Below, one piece after another: positions 1 to 6,812 of a DNA stretch of 14,109 nt. The notes under the pieces were generated by a model that was not told where the DNA came from, did no database searches, and was given only the letters and a program-made list of their open reading frames with translations. Location: the NCBI GenBank assembly GCA_044225365.1, contig JBGAIQ010000087.1:1-14109 (forward strand). Reading direction: 5' to 3'. Source of the stretch: Planctomycetota bacterium (GTDB taxonomy: Bacteria; Planctomycetota; B15-G4; JADJEK01). Both the position numbers and the translations under genes were made by a program. The first letter of the stretch is position 1, and each line of letters begins with the position of its first letter.

Positions 1-1
1 G

Positions 2-118
2 CCCGTGCCCGGCGGCGGCGGGCCCGCGTTCTTCTTCGTCCAGATGGTGACGCCGAACGCCGCGATGCCGAAGGGTTACGAGGTCACGAACTGCTTGCAG
101 GTCGTGCTGCTCGCCTGA
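2..118 (+). CDS. 3' end of a partial CDS, probably a secreted protein ending in the same C-terminal domain family as the two FG-GAP proteins
   Basis: Manual translation of frame 2 gives PVPGGGGPAFFFVQMVTPNAAMPKGYEVTNCLQVVLLA-stop (TGA at 116-118). The pattern Q-x4-[N/D]-x3-P-x-G-x3-T-x-[C/A]-hydrophobic strand matches the ends of the neighbouring proteins. Not in the ORF track because it is truncated. Confidence 0.7.
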   Translation, partial: PVPGGGGPAFFFVQMVTPNAAMPKGYEVTNCLQVVLLA

Positions 119-131
119 CCTCAGGCCTCGG

Positions 132-1856
132 TCAGTCGAACTTCATCTCGACCGCGCCCGTGCCCGAATGGCCGCCGGGAGCGCCCGGGTCCTGAATGAA
201 CGCCTGCATGCGGATCGTCGCGCCGCCGACCTGGGGCGACAGCAGAGGCAGCGTCGCATCCAATGTGACCGACGCGCCGCCGATCGATCCATTGTTCGTC
301 GAGAGCAGGAGCGACACGGGCAGGAGCTGGCCGAGATAGAGATGGCAGCCGTTGGCGAGCGGGAGGTTCGCCTGGCCGACGCCCAGCAGCACGATGACCG
401 GCGCGTTCCCGATGCACTGGTCGATCTTCATGCTCACCTGCCCCGCGCTCGCGAAGCATCCCGCGACGTCGAGCGAGGGAACGAAGCCGAGCGAGCCCGG
501 GCATCCGACGCCTACTTTCGACGCCAGGCCGCATGCGCCGCGGTAGACGCGGAAGTACTCGGCATGCGGAAGCGGTTGCTGGTAGTTCGTCGAGCGCATT
601 CCGGCGGCGAGATCGGACGACCCCTGCGAATCGACGTTCCCCACGATCGCCAGGGTGGACCCGAAGTGATCGAAGGCCTTCCCGCCATCGGCGTGATAGA
701 GCTTCGCGAACGAAGCGCCCGAGAACACGTTCACCGTTCCGCCCTCGGTGATTCCCGCATGGACGTTTTCGAACGGCGCGCCGACCACGAGATCCGGAAC
801 GCCGTCGCCCGTGAGGTCCACGCCGCCCACGACGGTGATTCCGAATTGCGATCCTGCCGCGCCCGACAGCGTGGCGAGGAGATGGCCGTCCTTGCCGGAA
901 TGCACGCGCACGGTGTCGGAGAGAGGCGCGCCGATGACGAGATCCGGCACCCCATCGAGATCGAGATCTCCAGCCGTGGAGACCGCGGAGCCGAAGCCGT
1001 CGAGCGGCGCGCCCCCGACGATCTGCAGCAGCGACGCTCCGGTCTTGGGCGAGAAGATCCGAACGTATCCCGGATGGGTGGTGTCGAGGAAGCGATACGT
1101 GCCCGCTGCCGCATCGGGTGATCCATCGCCATCGATGTCCCCCACGCCCGCCACCGCCGTTCCGAGCAGATCGTAGGCCGCGTCGCCGTAGCCCTTGAAC
1201 GAGGCGGCGTGCGAACCGCCCGAGATCACCCACACGGCGCCGCAATTCACGCCGTGGCTCGAATCGTCGTGGACCGCGCCCGCGGCGAAGTCGGCGTTGC
1301 CATCCTGGTCGATGTCGCCGAGGTTGGCGAGCGCACCGCCGAGCCGATCTCCGATGTCGTCGCCCGCAATGCTGAAGAGCGGCGCGCCGGTCTTGCCGCT
1401 GAAGAAGCGGACGGCGCCCGAGTCGCTTCCGTTGTCGTTCGCGAGGGGCGAGCCTACGGCGACGTCGGGGTAGCCATCTCCGTCGAGATCTCCGGCGCCA
1501 CAGATCGCCGCGCCGAAGAGCGCGCCGTAGTACTGGATGGAACCGATGGTCAGGGCCACGGCACCGGTGGCGCCCGAATGGATGCGCACGACCGGGCCGT
1601 AGCCGAACGCGAGTTGGCCGCCGAGCAGATCGGCAACCGCGATGTCCGGGATGCCGTCTTGCGTGACGTCGCCAACCCCCGCCACCGTGTAAGCGAAACT
1701 CGTGAGTCCCGTGGCCGAACTCACGGAATCGACCTGATACAGGAGATTCTGCGCCTCGCTCCGATTCGAAGCGAAGGCAACCGCGAGACACGCGAGGGTG
1801 CACTGCAAGGAAAGACGGCCCGCCGGTTTCATGGAGTGTCTCATGGACTGTCTCAT
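132..1856 (-). CDS. Secreted FG-GAP repeat (integrin alpha-like 7-bladed beta-propeller) protein with Cys-containing C-terminal domain, ~574 aa
   Basis: Seven repeats of the type G-D-[LIV]-D-G-D-G-x-P-D-x-x-V-G-A-P (e.g. GDLDGDGYPDVAVGSP, GDLDLDGVPDLVIGAP) with FG motifs between them. Signal-peptide-like segment LQCTLACLAVAFASNRSEA-Q. Start moved from 2168 to the ATG at 1856, which overlaps the upstream stop (ATGA). ATGs at 1844 and 1832 are alternatives. Confidence 0.85.
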   Translation of the reverse strand: MRQSMRHSMKPAGRLSLQCTLACLAVAFASNRSEAQNLLYQVDSVSSATGLTSFAYTVAGVGDVTQDGIPDIAVADLLGGQLAFGYGPVVRIHSGATGAVALTIGSIQYYGALFGAAICGAGDLDGDGYPDVAVGSPLANDNGSDSGAVRFFSGKTGAPLFSIAGDDIGDRLGGALANLGDIDQDGNADFAAGAVHDDSSHGVNCGAVWVISGGSHAASFKGYGDAAYDLLGTAVAGVGDIDGDGSPDAAAGTYRFLDTTHPGYVRIFSPKTGASLLQIVGGAPLDGFGSAVSTAGDLDLDGVPDLVIGAPLSDTVRVHSGKDGHLLATLSGAAGSQFGITVVGGVDLTGDGVPDLVVGAPFENVHAGITEGGTVNVFSGASFAKLYHADGGKAFDHFGSTLAIVGNVDSQGSSDLAAGMRSTNYQQPLPHAEYFRVYRGACGLASKVGVGCPGSLGFVPSLDVAGCFASAGQVSMKIDQCIGNAPVIVLLGVGQANLPLANGCHLYLGQLLPVSLLLSTNNGSIGGASVTLDATLPLLSPQVGGATIRMQAFIQDPGAPGGHSGTGAVEMKFD

Positions 1857-1860
1857 GGAA
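1829..1860 (-). repeat. Imperfect 12-bp tandem repeat (~2.7 copies) at the gene junction
   Basis: + strand reads tcatggagtgtc / tcatggactgtc / tcatggaa. On the - strand each unit contains ATGA. Confidence 0.8.
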
Positions 1861-4381
1861 TGGTCACCCACCACGCCGAGGTGAAGGCCGCGCCGAGCGG
1901 CACGCCGGGATCGAGGACGACCGCCTGCAGCGCGAACGACATCGCGGTCGTGGACGCATCGAGTCGACCATTCAGCTCCACCGTTCCGTTTCCGGGACCG
2001 ACTCCCGCGAGGGGGAGCGCCAGGATCGCGGGCAGGATCGGGCTCACGAGCAGGGTGCAGGCTCCGATATGGATTCCCGCCTGCCCGCCGCCGAGGAGCA
2101 CGAATGCGGTCGAGCCGCCGAGGGCGGATTCGATCCGCAGCGTCAGCGAGCCGCCCGGCACGGGGCAACCCTCCAGGACCGTTTGGGGCACGATTCCCCC
2201 GCTACCCGCGCATCCCGTCCCGTATGCGAGCAGGGATCCCGCGCACGGCGGCGGTCCGATCTCTCGCAGCACGTACGCACCTTTTTGCGCCGCGATCACC
2301 AAGTCGAGCCGCGCGTCGCCGTCGAGATCCGCAGCGACCGGATGCCCGCCAGGCGGACCGATGATTCGTCTGCGCATTCGCAGATTGCCGAGGCCGTCGT
2401 CGTCGACGACCTCCGCGCCGTCGTTCGTTCCCAGCACGATCTCGATGCCGCCGTCGCCATCGAGGTCGATCGCCGTCGCGTGATCCGCGTTGGCGAGGCA
2501 CGTCAGAGTCGAGGTCTCGAGGAATTTCAGCGTGCCATTGCCGAGCTCGAGCGCGAGGCGGCCCTGGTAACTCCCCGGTCCTCCGTAGCCGAGCAGGTCC
2601 GGAAACCCGTCCTGGTTCCAATCCGTGGTGAGCGCGCGCGCTCCCCCTTGCCATAGGGTGAGGGTCTTCGCGACGAAGCTGCCCGCGCCTTGATTCTGCA
2701 GCACGACGTAGCCGCCCGTTGCGACCACGAGGTCGAGATCGCCGTCGAGATCGAGGTCGCCCTCCGCGATCCCGCCGCCGGCAGGGATCGTCAAGGCGAC
2801 CGCGACCGCGAATTGGCCCGCGCCGTCTCCGGCCGCACTCACCATCTTGCCGCTCCCCGCCTCGATGAGATCGGGATCGCCCTCTCCCGTGACGTCCGCG
2901 AGCGCGATCCCATCGACCAACACCGGAATGGATAGCGACTGTGTCGTCGTCTGGAACGAGCCGTTCGCTTGTGCTCGCAGGAGCGCGAACGAGGACGCTC
3001 CTTTCTGGGCGACGACCACGTCGAGCCGTCCGTCGTGATCGATGTCCGCACTCGAGGCGTCGCCGGTCGGCGCCATCGAGAGATTCGTCGTCGACTGCGG
3101 GGCGAGCCCTCCCGTGGCCGTCCCGAAACGCATCACGTATCCGCCCGCCGACTGCGAGAGATTCGTCGCGAACTGGAGGAGATCGTTCCGGCCGTCACCG
3201 TTCCAATCGAATGCGAACTGCTGACTCACGAGCGGGAGAGATCCGTCGGCGAACAGTACGCCGCCAAAGGCTCCGCCGCCGCGGCCGAGGACGAGCCCGT
3301 GCGAATCTGGCACGAACAGGTCGGGGAGCGCGTCGGAGCCGAAACGGGCCGGGACGACGAACGAAGGATTCGAGCCCGCGTAGCTCGGAACGGGCGCGCC
3401 GAATCCGCCATGGCCATCGCCGGGAAAGACCTCGATCGGCTGCGCGAGGCCCGTTCCCGAGTGCCCCGCGACGACATCGACGGCGCCGTCCCCCGTGACG
3501 TCGGCGACCGTCGCGCCGGCGAGCTCGAACGAAGTCGAGAGCACGGTCGAAGGACCGATCGCACCGCTCGCCGTCCCGAAGAAGATTCGGATCTGACTCG
3601 ACGCGGGGATCGGGACCGCAATATCCGCTCGGCCATCGCCATCGAAATCCCCCATCCCGACCCGGCCCGGATCGGACGGAAGGTTGATCGCCGTCGTCGC
3701 CGCGAAGTGCCCGGTCCCGTCGCCCAGCGCGACCCGCATCTTCTGTTCATACAGTTTGTCGACCGTGACGAGGTCGGCGTTGCCGTCCCCATTGAAGTCA
3801 CCGATCGCGAGCGAGACGATCTGTCCCGGGAGGGAGATGGTGAAGGGAGCCGCGAAGCCGCCGGGAACGGCGAGCTGGACCGCGACCGCGTTGCTCGCCG
3901 TCACGCCGCCGGTCACGATGTCGCCGCGTCCGTCGCCGTTCACATCGGCGAACAGCCGCGCATTGACGATGCCGCCCGCGCCGGTCGCGAGCAGCGTCGG
4001 ACTCGACAAGGCGCCGGCGCCGTCGCCGCGGAGGTAGAAGATCAATCCCCCGGTGATGAGGAGGTCGTTCTTGCCGTCGTTGTCGATGTCGGTGATGGCG
4101 AGGGGTTGCGGAGCGAGTCCGAACGAAGCTCCCGGAGCCACGCTCGGCAGCCGGAGTCCGCCGGCGGCATCGCCGAGCATCGCGAGGATCTTCACGCCGC
4201 CGTACGTGGCGAGGCAAAGGTCGTCGATCCCGTCGCCGTCGAGATCGCCGATCGCGAAGCCATCGGAAAGCGTGTCTACCCCGGAATCGACTCCCTGGGT
4301 TCCGAAGCGTTCGGTCTGACCATCCAGCTCGGCGACGACCGCCGCAGTGAGAAACCCCGCGGCGAAGAATCGAGATCGCAT
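1853..4381 (-). CDS. Secreted FG-GAP-like/VCBS repeat protein (14 repeats, probably two beta-propellers) with Cys-containing C-terminal domain, 842 aa
   Basis: Signal-peptide-like start MRSRFFAAGFLTAAVVA. Fourteen D-x-[DN]-x-D-G-x-x-D-[LIV]-type repeats, some degenerate (GDLDGDGIDDL through ADLDGDARLDL). The C-terminal ~130 aa begins CAGSLLAYGTGCAGSGGIVP. Confidence 0.88.
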   Translation of the reverse strand: MRSRFFAAGFLTAAVVAELDGQTERFGTQGVDSGVDTLSDGFAIGDLDGDGIDDLCLATYGGVKILAMLGDAAGGLRLPSVAPGASFGLAPQPLAITDIDNDGKNDLLITGGLIFYLRGDGAGALSSPTLLATGAGGIVNARLFADVNGDGRGDIVTGGVTASNAVAVQLAVPGGFAAPFTISLPGQIVSLAIGDFNGDGNADLVTVDKLYEQKMRVALGDGTGHFAATTAINLPSDPGRVGMGDFDGDGRADIAVPIPASSQIRIFFGTASGAIGPSTVLSTSFELAGATVADVTGDGAVDVVAGHSGTGLAQPIEVFPGDGHGGFGAPVPSYAGSNPSFVVPARFGSDALPDLFVPDSHGLVLGRGGGAFGGVLFADGSLPLVSQQFAFDWNGDGRNDLLQFATNLSQSAGGYVMRFGTATGGLAPQSTTNLSMAPTGDASSADIDHDGRLDVVVAQKGASSFALLRAQANGSFQTTTQSLSIPVLVDGIALADVTGEGDPDLIEAGSGKMVSAAGDGAGQFAVAVALTIPAGGGIAEGDLDLDGDLDLVVATGGYVVLQNQGAGSFVAKTLTLWQGGARALTTDWNQDGFPDLLGYGGPGSYQGRLALELGNGTLKFLETSTLTCLANADHATAIDLDGDGGIEIVLGTNDGAEVVDDDGLGNLRMRRRIIGPPGGHPVAADLDGDARLDLVIAAQKGAYVLREIGPPPCAGSLLAYGTGCAGSGGIVPQTVLEGCPVPGGSLTLRIESALGGSTAFVLLGGGQAGIHIGACTLLVSPILPAILALPLAGVGPGNGTVELNGRLDASTTAMSFALQAVVLDPGVPLGAAFTSAWWVTIP

Positions 4382-4420
4382 TCGGCCCCCGTTCCAACGA
4401 CCGCCGCGACCCGCGGAAAG

Positions 4421-4462
4421 CCGTCACGGCCCCGATGGTATTCCATCCGGGGCCGGTGACGG
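4421..4462 (-). terminator. GC-rich hairpin downstream of thiC, possible intrinsic terminator or mRNA stability element
   Basis: ccgtcac-ggccccg-atgg-[tatt]-ccat-c-cggggcc-g-gtgacgg forms 18 bp with two single-base bulges. It lies 40 nt after the thiC stop. On the - strand it is followed only by CUUUCC, a weak U tract. Confidence 0.55.
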
Positions 4463-4502
4463 GAGACTTCGATGTTTCATCGTGCGCGCGGCGAGCGGGG
4501 CG

Positions 4503-6299
4503 TCAGGGCGCGCTCTGCATTCGCTTCGCAGCCTCGGCGTCCACGTAATCGCTGTGACAGCTCAGTTTGCCGTCCTCGACCGGAGCGACGGCTTCCTTCA
4601 CCTCCGCCGCAAGTCGGTGGATCTCCTCGGGCGACAGATAACCGCGCTGCTCGAGGATCTTCTGCTGATCCCCACTGAGGCCGGGTGAGCGCTTGGCCTT
4701 GCCGGTCTCGTACTCCTTCGCCTTGCCCGACGTGAACTCCTGGATCTCCTTCTCCTTCGCCTTGCCCGACGTGAACTCCTGGATCTCCTTGCTGATCCGG
4801 ACGGAGCACCAGTCGTGGCCGCACATGGCGCAGAAGTCGGTGTCGACCGAGAGGTCCTCGTCGTGATACGCGCGCGCCGTGTCGGGGTCGAACGAAAGAG
4901 CGATGTGCTGTTCCCAGTTGAGAGCCGCGCGCGCCTTCGTCAATTCATCGTCGCGATCGCGCGTGCCCGGGATGCCGAGCGCGACGTCCGCGGCATGCGC
5001 GGCGATCTTGTAGGCGATGCAGCCCTGCTTCACGTCGTCCTTCTTCGGCAGGCCGAGGTGCTCCTTGGGTGTGACGTAGCAGAGCATCGATGCGCCGTGC
5101 CACGCCGCCGCCGTCGCCCCGATGCACGAGGTGATGTGGTCGTAGCCGGGGAAGATGTCGGTGACGAGGGGACCGAGGACGTAGAACGGCGCGCCGTGGC
5201 AGAGTCGGCGCTGCAGTTTCATGTTGTACTCGATCTGATCGAACGGGACGTGGCCCGGCCCTTCGATCATGACCTGGACGCCGTGCGCCCAGGCCCGCTC
5301 GGTGAGTTCACCGAGCGTGCGCAGTTCGGCGAGCTGTGCCGCGTCGGTCGCGTCGGCGAGCCCGCCCGGCCGTAGTCCGTCGCCGATCGAGAAACTGACG
5401 TCGTACTCGCGCATCAGCAGGCAGATCTCGTCCCACAACTCGTACATCGGGTTCTGCTTGCCGTGCGTGATCATCCATTTCGCGAGGAGGGATCCACCTC
5501 GCGAGACGATCCCGATCTTGCGATCGCGCACGAGCGGGAGATGCTCGCGCAGGACGCCGGCGTGGATCGTGAAGTAGTCGACGCCCTGCTTCGCCTGATG
5601 CTCCAACGTCTTCATGATCTGCGCGGCGTCGAGATCCTCGATCCGCTTGCCGAGGATCATCGAGTAGATCGGGACGGTGCCGATCGGGGCCGTCGAATGA
5701 CGGATCATCGCGGCGCGACACTCGTCGAGATTGCCTCCCGTCGACAAGTCCATCACCGTGTCCGCGCCCCACCGCAGCGACCAATCGAGCTTCTCGACTT
5801 CGCTGTCCGTGTCGGACGAGATCGGCGATGCGCCGAGATTGGCGTTGATCTTCGTCTTGCTCGCGCGACCGATCGCCATGGGATCGAGACGGAAACCGAG
5901 GTGAACCCGATTCGCCGGAATGATCATCCGCCCGGCGGCGACCTCGTCGCGAATCTGCTCGGCCGTGAGATGGGGTTCGCGCTCGGCGACCCTCCGCATC
6001 TCCGGAGTGATGATTCCGAGGCGCGCCTTCTCGAGCTGCGTGACCGCGCGCGCCGCGTCGCGGGGATTCGGATTGAAGTCCCAGGCCGTCTTCGACGAGG
6101 GCGAGGGCATGCCAGGAGTGTCGGGGGAGCTGAACGTCGTGGGGCCACCGATCCTGGACTCGAGTGCGAACGAACCGGGATTCGTACCTTCGCTCCGCGT
6201 GCTCGGGTTCCGCGCACCATGGAGCGGGAGCTGGATGCCGAGCGCGGCGTAGGCGGTCGAAGGAGAGTCGGGCGCTGCGTTGGATTCGAAGGCGTTCAT
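4503..6299 (-). CDS. thiC: Phosphomethylpyrimidine synthase ThiC (HMP-P synthase, radical SAM)
   Basis: Diagnostic motifs [98 protein letters not shown] and the Fe-S motif CAMCGHDWC (CX2CX4C). TPP riboswitch upstream. The exact start is uncertain because of a low-complexity N-terminal extension. Confidence 0.97.
   Translation of the reverse strand: MNAFESNAAPDSPSTAYAALGIQLPLHGARNPSTRSEGTNPGSFALESRIGGPTTFSSPDTPGMPSPSSKTAWDFNPNPRDAARAVTQLEKARLGIITPEMRRVAEREPHLTAEQIRDEVAAGRMIIPANRVHLGFRLDPMAIGRASKTKINANLGASPISSDTDSEVEKLDWSLRWGADTVMDLSTGGNLDECRAAMIRHSTAPIGTVPIYSMILGKRIEDLDAAQIMKTLEHQAKQGVDYFTIHAGVLREHLPLVRDRKIGIVSRGGSLLAKWMITHGKQNPMYELWDEICLLMREYDVSFSIGDGLRPGGLADATDAAQLAELRTLGELTERAWAHGVQVMIEGPGHVPFDQIEYNMKLQRRLCHGAPFYVLGPLVTDIFPGYDHITSCIGATAAAWHGASMLCYVTPKEHLGLPKKDDVKQGCIAYKIAAHAADVALGIPGTRDRDDELTKARAALNWEQHIALSFDPDTARAYHDEDLSVDTDFCAMCGHDWCSVRISKEIQEFTSGKAKEKEIQEFTSGKAKEYETGKAKRSPGLSGDQQKILEQRGYLSPEEIHRLAAEVKEAVAPVEDGKLSCHSDYVDAEAAKRMQSAP
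4713..4790. repeat. Perfect 39-bp direct tandem duplication within thiC (13 aa, [13 protein letters not shown] x2)
   Basis: ctccttcgccttgcccgacgtgaactcctggatctcctt occurs at 4713-4751 and again at 4752-4790 with no mismatches. Confidence 0.95.
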
Positions 6300-6396
6300 T
6301 CTCGAGTGCCGTTCACCCCGTCGGGTCCGGGGATGCGAGGTTCTCTAGGGGCGCTCGAATCGACAGAAGGAACGCTGCGCAGCGGGAGTGCCGCAC

Positions 6397-6482
6397 ATCG
6401 CTTCCCTCCGCCGGTCCGAACCGGATCAGGTTCAACGGGTGCGTCTCAGCCCTCCGCTCTAACGGAGTGCGCCCCGAGCGAT
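6397..6482 (-). promoter_or_regulatory. TPP (thiamine pyrophosphate) riboswitch aptamer / THI-box
   Basis: The - strand reads ATCGCT-CGGGG-cgcactccgttagagcggaggg-CTGAGA-cgc-ACCC-g-TTGAACCTGATC-cggttcggaccg-GCG-g-AGGGA-AGCGAT. It has the conserved CUGAGA, ACCUGAUC and AGGGA elements, a P1 stem (ATCGCT/AGCGAT), and lies ~100 nt upstream of thiC. Confidence 0.95.
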
Positions 6483-6490
6483 TCGACTCC

Positions 6491-6518
6491 AATCTAGCAA
6501 GCGCGTCTCGGATTTCAT
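6491..6518 (-). promoter_or_regulatory. Candidate sigma70-type promoter for the thiC leader
   Basis: The - strand has ATGAAA (-35-like), a 16-nt spacer, and an extended -10 TGcTAGATT ending 8 nt before the riboswitch P1 stem. The position fits a riboswitch transcription start. Confidence 0.45.
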
Positions 6519-6812
6519 CCGTTGGCCCGAATCCCCCGCACGGCGCGATCGGCGAGGAATCGAGCGAGCCTCTTCTCGATTACACGGCTTGCGCTCTCCA
6601 ATCCGGTGCTACAGGGAATATCGAGTTGGCCTGCGGCGCTCGCTCAAAAGGTTGGAATTGGTTGCGGAACGATCGAGCCCGGCCCTCGATTCGGCGGGCA
6701 CCGGTAACAGGAATCAAGGCATGCTGAGTTTCTCGTCTAGGGAACCGCGGGTATCGCTCTGGCGACTTATGAGCGGAATTCCGATCCTCGGCGCCCTCGA
6801 AATTAGGAACGC

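Noticed and set aside
121-1803. 560-aa alternative-frame ORF and other long Arg/Ala-rich overlapping ORFs (e.g. 168-1121, 1209-2483, 2969-4459, 5463-6497, 10266-11417)
   Set aside because: These are shadow ORFs typical of high-GC DNA. They overlap well-supported genes and have no recognisable motifs.
1857-2168. N-terminal extension of the 678-aa ORF
   Set aside because: It overlaps the 3' end of the upstream gene and is Arg-rich and non-protein-like. The signal peptide and ATGA coupling point to a start at about 1856.
600-4270. Recurrent DNA motifs such as cgccgtcgagatc, considered as a possible repeat array or CRISPR
   Set aside because: They are degenerate, irregularly spaced and explained by the encoded DLDGDG repeats. 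There is no repeat-spacer structure and no cas gene.
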